The notes under the pieces are model-generated. The model was not told where the DNA came from and did no database searches. It was given only the letters and a program-made list of their open reading frames with translations. 64,000 nucleotides of DNA. Source: Rubripirellula sp. Its GTDB lineage: Bacteria > Planctomycetota > Planctomycetia > Pirellulales > Pirellulaceae. Shown one piece after another: positions 30,654 through 41,760 of the stretch. The stretch is taken from the NCBI GenBank assembly GCA_965216875.1, contig OZ244207.1, positions 1,920,001 through 1,984,000 of the forward strand, in the 5' to 3' direction. The position numbers were made by a program, and so were the translations under genes. Position 1 is the first letter of the stretch. Every line of letters begins with the position of its first letter.

Positions 30654-30845
30654 CGGGCGTTCCTATGTAGGGGCAATTTCATCGCCCGATTCTATCGGTG
30701 CCTGGTTTGTCGCAAGGTTTTTTCGCGGAAGCTTCGCTCAACACACACGTTTGGATCACGCAATCTTGCCGCCGGCTTAACAAAACCCGCTGAGTCGTTG
30801 TGCGCGCTTGGTAGACCGGAGTAGGCAGGTGGTGCAGCCGGCGCT

Positions 30846-31616
30846 CTACGGCCAAAACCATTTGGGCACAATTTGGTTGTCGCCGTAGGCTGAACTCGCC
30901 CAGGCATCGGATGCCCATTGCTTGGTGCCGTCGCGACCGTGCAAGGCGATGGCGTCGATTTCATTCCAGCCCGGCACGTTGGCGCTATCGAGATAGATTT
31001 TGATGCGTCGTGTTCGTGTCGACGGCGCGATGGGAACGATCGAACTTCCCATTGCCACGGTGGCCGGCGTCGGATCTTTACCTTTCCAAAGCTCTCGCTC
31101 AATGCCCGCCGCATTGACGCTGCAGATGCGCCGCAAGGCACCAGGGTTGTAGGTTTCGACCACCTCGACCTTGACCAATTGGGTTGCTCTGGGGAATTCC
31201 GCGATGATCCATTCCTGACCACCATCTTGGCTGGCGGAAGCCCAGGCGGTCGCGCGATCACCGGCTGCTGGCGTGTTGGGCGGCCCGAGCACCTGTCGGA
31301 TGCTCCAGCTTGTTCGTGCCCCACCGGTCCGAATCGCGATCTCTTCGAGCATTTGAGTGTGGTCGCGATACCAAGTCATCAGGATCGCAGCGAGAACACA
31401 GATCCAGAAGAGGTCGCGCAAATACAGACGAGGGCGACAACGCCACAGGAATGAGATCGTTCGACGGGGGAAACTGCGCGACGGTTTTGCACGATCAGGT
31501 TTCGGGGGCTGTTCCGTCGAGGCCGGCTCCTGAGGCGAGGGTTCGAGTGGGATTTCAACTGAGATTTGGGCCGGGGTTTCGACGTCGTTCGGCTCGTGCG
31601 TCTTGCTACCGTTCAT
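30846..31616 (-). CDS. Membrane protein with galactose-binding/discoidin-like domain
   Basis: TM helix; GPPN..GD..TAW, EWI, ETYNPG, WNEIDAI jelly-roll pattern. Confidence 0.7.
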   Translation of the reverse strand: MNGSKTHEPNDVETPAQISVEIPLEPSPQEPASTEQPPKPDRAKPSRSFPRRTISFLWRCRPRLYLRDLFWICVLAAILMTWYRDHTQMLEEIAIRTGGARTSWSIRQVLGPPNTPAAGDRATAWASASQDGGQEWIIAEFPRATQLVKVEVVETYNPGALRRICSVNAAGIERELWKGKDPTPATVAMGSSIVPIAPSTRTRRIKIYLDSANVPGWNEIDAIALHGRDGTKQWASDAWASSAYGDNQIVPKWFWP

Positions 31617-31889
31617 CGCATTCTTGGTGGGAGTGGGATGGCGATTGGTGACGATGCCCCAGGCGAATTGCGGCCGCTGCGATTGTTCCACGCGTTGTAA
31701 ACGGAACGCAAGAATTGCGGATTTCGGTTTTCTTGTTCGACGTGTCGGAATTCGCTCGCCAGACTCCATTTAAAAGGTAAGTAGGTAGTTGGTGCAAATA
31801 TTTGCGTTCCGTTGTCAGTTCCTTACCAAGTCTTGCCGTTGTTGCCTAGGGTTTGGTAAGAGCTGTCATTCAACTCGGAGGCAAGCGAC

Positions 31890-32135
31890 ATGACGGCCCA
31901 GCAACAGCTTTCACACAACGCTCGGATCATTAAAAACATCCGCTCGGTGCTTAGCGTTCATCAAGATCTCTGCCCCTATGCGTCGGGCATCGAGGTCTCT
32001 TTCCAGGACAGTGCTCTGGTGGTTCAAGGCGACCTGCCCAGTGCCGACTTGAAGAGCGCCCTGGTTGCCGCGATTCGTCAGGCGGGCGTCCTCTGTCGGG
32101 TCAACAACCTGGTTCAGGTGCGTCAGGCGGCCTAA
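31890..32135 (+). CDS. Small BON-like domain protein
   Basis: SD ggagg; VVQG...AGV..VNNLVQV pattern. Confidence 0.6.
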   Translation: MTAQQQLSHNARIIKNIRSVLSVHQDLCPYASGIEVSFQDSALVVQGDLPSADLKSALVAAIRQAGVLCRVNNLVQVRQAA

Positions 32136-32137
32136 GC

Positions 32138-33025
32138 CTATTTGCGTTTCTCGCAGAATTCGCTGATTGCAGCGAGCTGTCGTTGGTGCTGCTGTTGATC
32201 CTGCGCTTTGACTTCGGCCGAAAGCACCCCTTCCATCGTTTCACTGGCTCGTTTGGCCAACCGCTCGTCTTCGGTATCGGCGGTCTCCTTCAATTGCGGT
32301 AACACCTTCTTTGCGAGTGAGCCGTACGTTGCAAGCGCACCGGCTGCGTTTAAACGCACCCAGTTTTCGTCATCGTTCAGCATCGACGCGACGCGGTGCA
32401 TCGACTCTTCACAGTGCGGGTCCAGGCTCGCGAGTCGCCCGCAGGCCCAACCGCGGACGGAAGTGTCCGTGCTCGATAACGCTTCGGCGTAGCGAGCCTT
32501 GAGTTCGGAGAGCTCGATCACGTCGACGCCCTCGGGAATCTCCAACTGACTCAGTTGAATGGTGTCGCCGATGTAGACGTACATGATTGGGTGCTTGGGC
32601 CAGACGTTGTGTCCTTTGTCACTTTTGGAAAGGTGCCCCGCGATTCCACCGACGAGGTGCAGGTGCCAGTTGTAAGCAACCGTCTTTTCCTGATTGAACG
32701 TTGACGTCTCGGTTGGGCCAGGGCGTATCACGATCTCGAGTTTGTCCGAGGTCACCTTCGCATATTCTTGCAACGCCTCGTTCAGCGCGATGGTGTCGCC
32801 TCGAAAGAAGAACTTTTCATTCCCATTGACCCAGAACCGGTAGACGCGATGAGTGTTGTTGAGCACGTCGATCAGGCCGGGATGCCCTTCGTAGTTCACG
32901 CCGTTGACCGGTTTGTTGCCGAGTTCCTCTTCGCCTAGGCCCCATAGCGGAGGCAAGGCAATGGAGAACGCAAACAGACATGCAAGCGAGGGGCGATGCA
33001 GAGCAGCAGGACTGAGTGTCGACAT
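32138..33025 (-). CDS. Secreted HEAT-repeat protein
   Basis: SVRGWACGRL, DDENWVRLNAAGAL. Confidence 0.75.
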   Translation of the reverse strand: MSTLSPAALHRPSLACLFAFSIALPPLWGLGEEELGNKPVNGVNYEGHPGLIDVLNNTHRVYRFWVNGNEKFFFRGDTIALNEALQEYAKVTSDKLEIVIRPGPTETSTFNQEKTVAYNWHLHLVGGIAGHLSKSDKGHNVWPKHPIMYVYIGDTIQLSQLEIPEGVDVIELSELKARYAEALSSTDTSVRGWACGRLASLDPHCEESMHRVASMLNDDENWVRLNAAGALATYGSLAKKVLPQLKETADTEDERLAKRASETMEGVLSAEVKAQDQQQHQRQLAAISEFCEKRK

Positions 33026-33108
33026 CAGGGTCTCTCACGCGGGGAAGCTGTCGTTTTTCGGTGAGCCGAACACGTTAGTGTCGGGCCCCGATATGGGTTG
33101 GCACTTTG

Positions 33109-33132
33109 GTAGCTACGCTCGCCAGAGCGTGG
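33109..33132 (+). repeat. Family-B GTAG REP
   Basis: gtagctacgctcgccagagcgtgg, identical to the copy at 53141. Confidence 0.8.
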
Positions 33133-33334
33133 AGGAGGTCAAACAACCCCGACCTCTTTTGCGCAAAGTTCGCCATAACATGAAATCCATTGTATCGCCC
33201 TCGATGGGCGCATCGGCGGCGAACAAATTCACCGTTGATATGTGGTAAAACGATTCTCTTCGGTGTTTGTTAGGTGAGAATCAGAGTTTGTTCTCGAGTT
33301 GGTTTTGTCCTGCTTTGTTGAGAGACCGCCCCCA

Positions 33335-34570
33335 ATGAGTTGTCGCACCCTTGTTTTTGCCGTCGTGGTTTGGGGCTTGGTCCCGCTTGGTGTGCTCGAT
33401 GCAGGCGAGCCGGAACCACGTTGGTGGAAAGGCAACCTGCACACCCACTCGCTTTGGAGCGATGGCGACGACTTTCCCGAAATGATCGCGGATTGGTATC
33501 GCAGCCACGGATACAACTTCCTCGCCCTTTCGGATCACAACGTCCTCAGCGAAGGCATTCGCTGGATGCCAGTGAAGGAAGTCGTTCGGCGTGCCGACGA
33601 CAAGGCACTTGAGAAATACGTTGCACGGTTCGGCCAATCGTGGGTCGAGACACGTGGAGAGCAGGGGAGTAATGACTATCAAGTGCGGCTAAAACCGCTC
33701 GTCGAATTTCGCGCGTTGCTCGAACGCAGTGACGAGTTCATCATGATTCAAGGCGAAGAGATCAGCGATCGCGCCGAGGGCAAGCCAGTCCACATCAACG
33801 CGTCGAACGTCGCAGACGTAATTGAACCGGCGGGTGGTGCAACCGTTCGCGAAGCGATGCAGAACAACCTGCGGGCGATCATCGAGCATGAAAAAGAACA
33901 TGGCCGCCAAGTCCTGCCGCACTTGAACCATCCCAATTTTGGCTATGCCGTCACAGCCGACGACCTTGCAGCCGTCGTTGCCGAACGGTTTTTCGAAGTC
34001 TACAACGGCCACCCCGGCGTCAATCATTTGGGTGACGATGACCATCCCTCAGTCGAACGTATCTGGGATCTGGTCAACGCGATCCGCCGAACCGATATCA
34101 GTGTTCCGCCGATGATGGGGATCGCCACCGATGACAGCCACGAATACCACGGCAAACCAGGGTCGCGACCCGGGCGCGGTTGGGTGATGGTGCGAAGCAA
34201 GTTCCTGACACCCGAGCACTTGATTCGTGCGATGAAGGCCGGCGATTTTTATGCGTCAAGTGGCGTGACCTTGAAGGACGTCCATTTCAACTCCACGACG
34301 CGCGAGCTGGCCCTGGAAATCGATGCGGACAAAGGAGCAAGCTACCGTACCGACTTTATTGCGACCCTCAAGAAACAACCGCAGTCCACAGCGGATGTGG
34401 ATCGGATCGGTGTCGTCGTTGATTCGCAAACGGGGCTTTCACCAAAATACAAGCTCAAGTCCGATCAACTCTACGTGCGCGCCGTTGTCTACAGCGACGC
34501 TCCGCCGACCGACCCTTCCTTTAAAGGTCAAGTTCAACAAGCGTGGACACAACCTGTTGGTTGGCGCTAA
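33335..34570 (+). CDS. PHP-domain metallohydrolase, secreted
   Basis: KGNLHTHSLWSDG, SDHN, NHP, EVYNG, DDSH. Confidence 0.88.
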   Translation: MSCRTLVFAVVVWGLVPLGVLDAGEPEPRWWKGNLHTHSLWSDGDDFPEMIADWYRSHGYNFLALSDHNVLSEGIRWMPVKEVVRRADDKALEKYVARFGQSWVETRGEQGSNDYQVRLKPLVEFRALLERSDEFIMIQGEEISDRAEGKPVHINASNVADVIEPAGGATVREAMQNNLRAIIEHEKEHGRQVLPHLNHPNFGYAVTADDLAAVVAERFFEVYNGHPGVNHLGDDDHPSVERIWDLVNAIRRTDISVPPMMGIATDDSHEYHGKPGSRPGRGWVMVRSKFLTPEHLIRAMKAGDFYASSGVTLKDVHFNSTTRELALEIDADKGASYRTDFIATLKKQPQSTADVDRIGVVVDSQTGLSPKYKLKSDQLYVRAVVYSDAPPTDPSFKGQVQQAWTQPVGWR

Positions 34571-34671
34571 ACGGCCATCGGTCTAAATCCGTTAAGACTG
34601 CAACGTGTTGCCCGGATCAAGGAGCGACTGCGACAGGGATCTGGCATGGTCGCCCTGCGCGTCAAACGTTG

Positions 34672-35445
34672 CTAAAGGTTCGTGAGGTACTGAACCCCTG
34701 CGGTGATCTCTTCGAGGCTTGAGTTGTCTCGCCCGACCACGTAGCGGCCGCGGTACTGAACGTCTTCGAGCATCCCGATCAGCTCAGGGAAATCCGCGGT
34801 GCCTTGCCCGAGCGGAACCGACAGCCCGCGACCAGCGGCGAGGTCCAAAACGCCGTCAACTGCGCAGACCAGCTGGATCCTCTCTCTTAATGCGGCCAAC
34901 GACTCTTGGACGTTCAGCCGGTTGATGATCAATTGACCTGGATTGAAAGCAACCGCGATGAACCCATCGTCGCTTGTTGATAGCAAGCTACTGAGAACTT
35001 CGCCTTCTTCAGTTCCAGTCTCAGCGGCAAGGAAGGCGCCGACCTTCGCTCCGTAGCGTCCCAGGTCGTCAATGACGGTCTGAATCGAGTCCCAAGCAGG
35101 TGTATCGGAGGGGGGGATCATTCCGATTTGATTGACGACGACAGGGGCCCCCAACCGGTAAGCCAGATGCATCGTTTGCTTGGTCGCGTCGACACGGCGG
35201 TCCAGGTCCTGCGGGTTGTCGTAGCCACGACGGGTTTGAAAGCGTAACGCAGCAACCTTCAGCCCCAAGTCATCGAGCATTTTTCGCAATTGTCGCAGTC
35301 CTGTGTCCGACAATTGAGAAGGGTGGATCTCGGTGCGCGCATTGAGATGGACGGAGGTGGCACCCATTTGGGCGGCCGCCTGAAGGGCCTGCCGGAGAGG
35401 CAGTTTCATCGAATCGGTTCGCACCCCGATGTTCAATTGAGCCAA
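34672..35445 (-). CDS. Sugar phosphate isomerase/epimerase (xylose isomerase-like TIM barrel)
   Basis: AAETG, VPLGQGTADF; several usual metal ligands look degenerate. Confidence 0.75.
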   Translation of the reverse strand: MAQLNIGVRTDSMKLPLRQALQAAAQMGATSVHLNARTEIHPSQLSDTGLRQLRKMLDDLGLKVAALRFQTRRGYDNPQDLDRRVDATKQTMHLAYRLGAPVVVNQIGMIPPSDTPAWDSIQTVIDDLGRYGAKVGAFLAAETGTEEGEVLSSLLSTSDDGFIAVAFNPGQLIINRLNVQESLAALRERIQLVCAVDGVLDLAAGRGLSVPLGQGTADFPELIGMLEDVQYRGRYVVGRDNSSLEEITAGVQYLTNL

Positions 35446-35576
35446 GATTGTTGTCCCGACGAGTGATCATGTTGCCAACTAATCGCAAAACGCCCCGAAT
35501 TCGCCCAGCGGTGATGCGACCGTTGAGCTTGGCGTTTGCGGGGCGCATCTTAAGGCGTGGCGCGAGATCCGCAAAC

Positions 35577-38360
35577 ATGGCGGCTTTGGGCCGGTTGGCC
35601 ATTTTGGCGTTGTGTTTGGTTTTCGGCGTCGACGCCTCGGCTCAGCGCAAAAAGGAAACGCCCCAGGTCGATGAGATCACCGGCTTGCAGGGCGTCCACT
35701 GGGATTTTGGCCGCGACACCGATGCAAATTCCAACAAGTGGCCCGACGGTTGGCAGCGCCACGCGGGTGTTGGTTACCCGCTGTACGTTGACATCAAGAT
35801 CGCGCCTCGCGATCCCGAGATCGAAAAGCAATTCAAAAAGCTTGATACGGCCTTCATCCGCTCATGGCCAACAATTCGCAAGCAGTTCCCTGACCTTCCC
35901 GCGTCCCCGCCCGCGTTTCCCGACTCGATGGTCGATCGAATGATTGACCGGTTCTTGCGCGTCGAGCTTGATGGGGGACAGGCGAAGGTCCAGACGACTC
36001 AGGTCAAAGTCAGCCGCTTGTACCAATATCGCTTCACTTGTGACATCATGACGCAAGGATTGCGACACGACACGGCGTTTGCCGAACTGGTGTTCTTGGA
36101 CGAAACGGGGCAAGTCGTTGCGAGCTATCCGACCAAGCATGTTGGCGGCACGAGTGATTGGACGACCGTCGCGGTGGATCGGCTACAGCCACCGGTCGAA
36201 GCGGTTTCGATGTTGGCTCGATTGAATGTGCAACGCTCCGAAGAAGGGCTCGAGGACATCAAGGGAGTCATCGGGTTCGACAATGTTCGGATTGATCAAT
36301 ACCCGCAATTGCAAGTGGCGACCGACGATCCGCTTGGCGTCTATGTGGTGGGGCAACCGATCGAAGCGACAGCGCGTGTGATGGGGTTGCCGATTGGCGC
36401 GTCCAAGGTGCGTTTTCGACTCTATTCGAGCGAACATGAACTGGTTGCCCAACGCGTGGTTTCGGTGGTCCGGCCACGCGAGCCGCGGAACGATTTGCCG
36501 GCGTCGAGCAACAAGGAATCAATCAGTTCGGAATTGAGTTGGCGTGTTCCGCGACTCGATCCGGGCTACTATCGGGTGACCGCCGCACTCGAAGGCAACG
36601 ACACCGTCTCGCTTGCGACCGATTCGACGCTCGCCGTCGTCGATCGGCTCGTTGATGGGCCTCCGCATGGTTCGTTTGGCTGGACACTCCCCAAAGGGAA
36701 TCAAGGGATCGATCCGCGCGAGATTGCGCCTTGGCTGGCAAAACTGGGCGTGGCCTGGGTCAAGTATCCCTGTTGGCTCGCGCCAACCGATAATGCGTCT
36801 GCCGAGGATGTGGCGACGATCTTTAGCAAGCTACAAGATTCCGGCATCCAAACGGTCGGGATGCTCGACCTGCCGCCAACCGACCAGGTTCCCAACTACA
36901 ACCTGCGAGGTCGTCGCGACTTGGTTGCCGCTCAGTTGTTTCGAGATATCGCCGTTTGGCAACCGCTTCTCGAACCAGTGATGACCCGGCTGACGCTCAA
37001 GGTGCGGACCTGGCAATTAGGTGGCGACCGTGACCACAGCTTCTTGGGGCGGCCACGACTGCGCGACTCGATTCGACAAATTTCAACCGGCTTGCAGGGG
37101 TTTGGGCAACCGATCGATGTTGCCATTTCCTGGCCTTGGCTCGAAGAAGAGCTGGGGCCTGGCGAATCCTCTTGGCAGGCGATTTGTCGAAGTAGCGACC
37201 CACCGCTCGGAGCGGACGAACTGGATGCTTACCTGACGCTGGGTGAAACGGGCTCGCGCGCTGAGGGGCCAAGGACCTGGCTTCTGCTCGACCCGGCTTC
37301 CAAGACGGGGTACGACCGCGAAGCGCGGATTCGGGATCTGGTACTGCGTATGGCCACCGTGCGAAGCCATCGTGTGCAAGCAGCATTTGTGAGTCGACCA
37401 CGCGACCCAGAACACGGTCTGTTGCGGCCAGACGGACGCCCCGATGATCTGCTGCTTCCTTGGCGAACGACTTCGCGGTTGATCGGAAACTTGCGTCACG
37501 TTGGTTCGCTGCAGCTACGCAGCGGTGCACAGAACCAGGTTTTTGCGGGCAGCGATCGCGCCGTGCTGATGGTCTGGTCGGCCGAGCCAACCGAAGAAGT
37601 CATCTACCTGGGTAAAGAAGTCAGCGCGGTTGACGTTTGGGGACGCGTCACCAAGCTCAAGAATGAACAACAAAACGGTCAGACGGTTCAACGCGTCAAG
37701 ATCGGACGTACGCCCACGTTCATTGTCGGCGCCGACCCAACCTTGTTGGCGTTTCGCATGTCTGTCGCCTTGGACCGATCAAGTCTGGACAGTTTGCTCG
37801 GCCAAGTCCAAAAACTCGGCGTGACATTCACCAATCCCACGCGAGATGGTCTGGCTGGGGAAATGGCCGTCGTGCAGCCGCAGTCGTGGACCATCCAACG
37901 TGGACGTCGAGGATGGGAAGCACTCGGCGGTCGCAATCAGACACAGAAGTTCAATGTGATTCTGGGCAACAGCACGACGATTGGGCGTTACGAGATTCCG
38001 ATCCGATTCGAATTACAAACTGTCCCGAACAAACGCATCACCGTTTATCGCTGGGTGAACGTCGGGCCAGAAGGTCTTGATCTCAAGGTCGACACACGAC
38101 TCCAAGCCGGCGACGAACTTCGCGTCCGAGTCGAGATGACCAATCGGTCTCTGCGAACGCAACAATACGACTGTATGCTGTTCCCACCGGGCGAACGCCA
38201 GTACCAACGCCGGTTCATCAAGATCAAGCCGGGCGAAACGATTCGCACGACGTTCTATTGGGCCAACGGTAGCGAGCTCATTGGGAAACGCATGTTGTTA
38301 CGCGCCGTCGAGCAAGAAGGACGGCGCGTCGTCAACTATGCCATCGATGTCAATCGATAG
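35577..38360 (+). CDS. Large secreted hypothetical protein (CBM-like, GH-like barrel and Ig-like segments)
   Basis: Signal-like N-terminus; long uninterrupted ORF; start uncertain (35448-35577). Confidence 0.7.
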   Translation: MAALGRLAILALCLVFGVDASAQRKKETPQVDEITGLQGVHWDFGRDTDANSNKWPDGWQRHAGVGYPLYVDIKIAPRDPEIEKQFKKLDTAFIRSWPTIRKQFPDLPASPPAFPDSMVDRMIDRFLRVELDGGQAKVQTTQVKVSRLYQYRFTCDIMTQGLRHDTAFAELVFLDETGQVVASYPTKHVGGTSDWTTVAVDRLQPPVEAVSMLARLNVQRSEEGLEDIKGVIGFDNVRIDQYPQLQVATDDPLGVYVVGQPIEATARVMGLPIGASKVRFRLYSSEHELVAQRVVSVVRPREPRNDLPASSNKESISSELSWRVPRLDPGYYRVTAALEGNDTVSLATDSTLAVVDRLVDGPPHGSFGWTLPKGNQGIDPREIAPWLAKLGVAWVKYPCWLAPTDNASAEDVATIFSKLQDSGIQTVGMLDLPPTDQVPNYNLRGRRDLVAAQLFRDIAVWQPLLEPVMTRLTLKVRTWQLGGDRDHSFLGRPRLRDSIRQISTGLQGFGQPIDVAISWPWLEEELGPGESSWQAICRSSDPPLGADELDAYLTLGETGSRAEGPRTWLLLDPASKTGYDREARIRDLVLRMATVRSHRVQAAFVSRPRDPEHGLLRPDGRPDDLLLPWRTTSRLIGNLRHVGSLQLRSGAQNQVFAGSDRAVLMVWSAEPTEEVIYLGKEVSAVDVWGRVTKLKNEQQNGQTVQRVKIGRTPTFIVGADPTLLAFRMSVALDRSSLDSLLGQVQKLGVTFTNPTRDGLAGEMAVVQPQSWTIQRGRRGWEALGGRNQTQKFNVILGNSTTIGRYEIPIRFELQTVPNKRITVYRWVNVGPEGLDLKVDTRLQAGDELRVRVEMTNRSLRTQQYDCMLFPPGERQYQRRFIKIKPGETIRTTFYWANGSELIGKRMLLRAVEQEGRRVVNYAIDVNR

Positions 38361-40128
38361 CGACTTGCTTGGTAATCCAGTCGCCAACCGTTTTGAGTGC
38401 GATGGGGGCGATCGTCTCCTCGATCGTCCCATACTCACTGACGGCGCCCGTTTCGGCCGTCTGCAAAAGATGGTTGAGGTCTTCCAGTGGAACCACGGTC
38501 ACCTGTTCGTTGCCTCCCGAAAGCACCGAAGCCTTGATGCCGGCGAGATTGTCGTCGCAGGCGACTTGAAGGTCCTTTTTGCCGCAAATTGCCAGGACGG
38601 GACAGGCGACTTTCTTAAGTGCTGGGGCAGGGTCAATTGCAAGAAGCTCGCGAAACCAAGGGCTGGTCACCATTTTGACTTGCTGGTCAGCACTCTGGCC
38701 CATCTTCTCGGCCGCTTCACGCTGATCCTTCGGCAATTGCTCGATCGCATCGTTGATGATCGCTTTGATTTGTTCCTGAAGGTCTGAAGCGTCACCCTGC
38801 TGCAACACGAGATCGAAGATTTTGGTCTGCGTTTCCCGTTGGCGATCGAGCGCTTCTTGGTCGGCCCCCATGACTTTCAAAATATCAGTCCCCTGTTGTG
38901 TGAGCAGCTGTTTCATTGGCACGCCTACCCCAGCGAGCATCACGATGAAGGCCACGTCGTCATCTTTGGATGCAATCTGTGGCGCGAGGATGCCGCCTTC
39001 GCTGTGTCCAACCAGCCCGACACGATTGGCGTCGATCTCTTCCCGTGTGCGCAGAAAGTCAAAGGCTGCTTGAGCATCCGATTCGAGATCGGTGACGGTT
39101 GCTTTTGAGAATCGGCCTTCTGACTTCCCGACACCCCGATCGTCGTATCGCAGGACAGCAATTCCTGCTCGAGTCAGATGATCGGCCCAGACCAGGAATG
39201 GCCGATGCCCCATGATCGCTTCGTCACGGTCTTGAGGTCCAGAACCGGTGATCATCACCACGGCCGGGTGAGGACCTTTTGATTTGGGAAGGGTGAGTGT
39301 GCCGGCAAGTGAGATGTCGGCGCCCTGGTTTTTGAACGTGACGTCGATTGATTCGTACGGAAAGGGTGGCTTGGGATCTTGCGGTCGGCTCGTGTCTGGC
39401 GTTTTCTCCAGCCGACGCATCGTCAGGTCAACGTTGGTCCCCCCCTGCTTCCACGTCCCGACGATTTCGGAACCGTCATCGCTGAGCTTGCCCTCGTAAC
39501 TTCCGCCAATTTTTTTGATCTCTAGTTTGACTGTCTTGTCGTCAAGTGAGATCGCGTTGATCGGAATGTTGAGTGCGTTTTGGTCGAGGCTGTCCATCGT
39601 GCCCGTGAGCGTGTCCCCATCCTCTTTGATTTTCATCAAGATCCTGAGTTGAAACGCTTGGACTTGCAGCGAGCCTTGCCATGCGCCGGCAAGTCCCTCG
39701 CCGGGCACTCCCTTGCTAGGCGTTTCACCTTCTTTTTCGGTTCGCTTGCCGCGATTCAGCTCAAAGGGGAACGTCGCGCCCGACTGGGTAAAGTCGCCCG
39801 AGATTTTCTTTCCATCTTCGGAACATTCGCCCTGAAATTTCGGGTCACCCGGAATGCCCTCGAGTGTGAACGAAACCTTTTTCCCATCTTGGGAGAGATC
39901 GCCAAGTTTGAAGCCACGCAAACCCTGGACCGGGATGTCGATCGTTCCTTGCAGAGCATCTTCGTTCGATTCCAAGTCGATCTTGATACCGAGTTTTGTG
40001 CCTGGCAGCGCGATGTGGCCATCCCAATGACCGGCAATGGTTGGATTGGAATTGTCCCCGCGGACGAGCGCGGGTGGAGCACAAAAGGCACTGGCGGCAA
40101 CGAGGCCAACGAGGAGGAGAGATCGCAT
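38350..40128 (-). CDS. Secreted alpha/beta hydrolase with duplicated N-terminal beta domains
   Basis: ITGSGPQDRDE, YDDRGVG, GHSEGG nucleophile, KDLQV, LNHL. Confidence 0.9.
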   Translation of the reverse strand: MRSLLLVGLVAASAFCAPPALVRGDNSNPTIAGHWDGHIALPGTKLGIKIDLESNEDALQGTIDIPVQGLRGFKLGDLSQDGKKVSFTLEGIPGDPKFQGECSEDGKKISGDFTQSGATFPFELNRGKRTEKEGETPSKGVPGEGLAGAWQGSLQVQAFQLRILMKIKEDGDTLTGTMDSLDQNALNIPINAISLDDKTVKLEIKKIGGSYEGKLSDDGSEIVGTWKQGGTNVDLTMRRLEKTPDTSRPQDPKPPFPYESIDVTFKNQGADISLAGTLTLPKSKGPHPAVVMITGSGPQDRDEAIMGHRPFLVWADHLTRAGIAVLRYDDRGVGKSEGRFSKATVTDLESDAQAAFDFLRTREEIDANRVGLVGHSEGGILAPQIASKDDDVAFIVMLAGVGVPMKQLLTQQGTDILKVMGADQEALDRQRETQTKIFDLVLQQGDASDLQEQIKAIINDAIEQLPKDQREAAEKMGQSADQQVKMVTSPWFRELLAIDPAPALKKVACPVLAICGKKDLQVACDDNLAGIKASVLSGGNEQVTVVPLEDLNHLLQTAETGAVSEYGTIEETIAPIALKTVGDWITKQVAID

Positions 40129-40310
40129 ACGAGGTTTCCCAGTTGTTTTGAAGGACGAGTTCAGTCGTTGAACTAGTGACCGTCCATTCGACATTTCTTA
40201 CAAGATCTTGCCAATCATCTGTCCCGGCCCAAAAACCGCAAGTCCGGGGCGCGCCCCGTTTATTCGCTGAGCGGCAAGACGCTAGACACCTCAGCATGCG
40301 TTCTAATACT

Positions 40311-40334
40311 CTCCCGCAAGCGGGAGGGTGATTG
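40311..40334. repeat. Left arm of a 24-bp perfect inverted repeat with 45166-45189 (family-E REP-like)
   Basis: ctcccgcaagcgggagggtgattg. Confidence 0.75.
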
Positions 40335-40401
40335 CTGGAACGCACGTCGCCAGTTCAACTTGCTTGACGTGGGTGATCGCGGCGGGAAACAAGAGGGCAA
40401 T

Positions 40402-40980
40402 GTGACCGAAATCGACTCAGAGAGACTTGCACAGATTGAGCGAATCAACGTGATAGGCACGTCCGGCAGTGGCAAGTCGACGTTTGGCCGGCAACTGGGC
40501 GCGACGCTCGGTATCCCGTTCATCGAAATGGACAGCGTTTATTGGGGCAAGAGTTGGACAGAACCTTCCGATGACGTATTCATCCCGCAGATCAAGGAGA
40601 TCACGGAGCGTTCTCGCTGGGTGCTTGACGGCAATTACTCTCGAACCACACCGGTCAAATGGCGTTTGGTCCAGTTGGTCGTTTGGCTTGACATGTCGTT
40701 TGCCCGAACCATCACACGTGTCACATCGCGAAGTTTGAAACGGTCGCTCGACGATACCGAGATATGGCCCGGCACCGGCAATCGAGAAACGTTTGGGAGG
40801 GCGTTTCTCTCACGAGAGTCGGTCATTCTTTGGGCGATCACGAGCTACCGGCGAAACCGTCAACGATATGCGATGATGATGAACGCAGAAGAGTATCGCC
40901 ACATATGGTTTGTGCGATTGAAGTCGCCCCGTGAAGTCGAGGCCTTCCTTCAGTCCGCCCAAGAGGCTGCTGAGATATGA
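40402..40980 (+). CDS. P-loop kinase (adenylate kinase / topology modulation protein-like)
   Basis: GTSGSGKST, WVLDGNY. Confidence 0.85.
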   Translation: MTEIDSERLAQIERINVIGTSGSGKSTFGRQLGATLGIPFIEMDSVYWGKSWTEPSDDVFIPQIKEITERSRWVLDGNYSRTTPVKWRLVQLVVWLDMSFARTITRVTSRSLKRSLDDTEIWPGTGNRETFGRAFLSRESVILWAITSYRRNRQRYAMMMNAEEYRHIWFVRLKSPREVEAFLQSAQEAAEI

Positions 40981-41022
40981 AATGCTGCGTAGGTGCGTTA
41001 TGTTTAGATTGTTGGATCGAAG

Positions 41023-41691
41023 ATGCTAAGTCGACTTAACGAAGCTGGCGGTACGACGTTGGTCCTTGCCGAGGGCGATGACCTCAGTTCCGTTCCCACT
41101 TCGCATCGGGACCTGATTAACAATTCGATCCGCCAGGCCTTTTGCGACCCAATGCAGTACTTTGCGACGATCGCAGAACGCATTCAGATTGCGAGCTTGC
41201 AAAGGTATCTCGGCAGGTTTGTTGCAGACGGAAATTGGTCGCTGGTGTTGGCAGACACCTACATGGTCGAGCGCGCTACGATTGCTGCGTTTCAGTGGTT
41301 TCACGCGGATCAACGCTCTTGCATGTTTGGTCTGCCAACCGGGGATTGTGATGACGTGCGCTTCGCGCCCATTTACGAGCTCTTTTCGTTGGTGCATTGG
41401 GAATCGGTTGGATTCGGCGGAGGGATCGTGCCGTATCGTGACCATCTCGCCGTCGCCGATTACTCCGCGGCGTCAATAAACCCCGCATTTCCTGCTGATT
41501 CCACGACCGTGTTTGGTACCTCTGCGTGCGGTGATATGATGGTCTGCAACGCTTCAGGTGATGCCGGGTATTTGTCTCACGACCAGGGAACGTCCTACGT
41601 TGTCGGTTCGTTATCTGAAATGCTTGATTGGGTCTTCGGCGAGCTCATCCGGGGGCGGACGCCAGAGATGGACCCCGTTCGGTACCGATAG
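41023..41691 (+). CDS. Hypothetical protein, C-terminus SMI1/KNR4 (SUKH)-like
   Basis: FG...GDMMVC...HD...SLSEMLD pattern. Confidence 0.5.
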   Translation: MLSRLNEAGGTTLVLAEGDDLSSVPTSHRDLINNSIRQAFCDPMQYFATIAERIQIASLQRYLGRFVADGNWSLVLADTYMVERATIAAFQWFHADQRSCMFGLPTGDCDDVRFAPIYELFSLVHWESVGFGGGIVPYRDHLAVADYSAASINPAFPADSTTVFGTSACGDMMVCNASGDAGYLSHDQGTSYVVGSLSEMLDWVFGELIRGRTPEMDPVRYR

Positions 41692-41760
41692 TTAGCGTTT
41701 CGCAGATGACATGCGCCTGGGGCGTTGGTGTGTTGTCGGCGTCTTTCGAGCGAGGTTAGG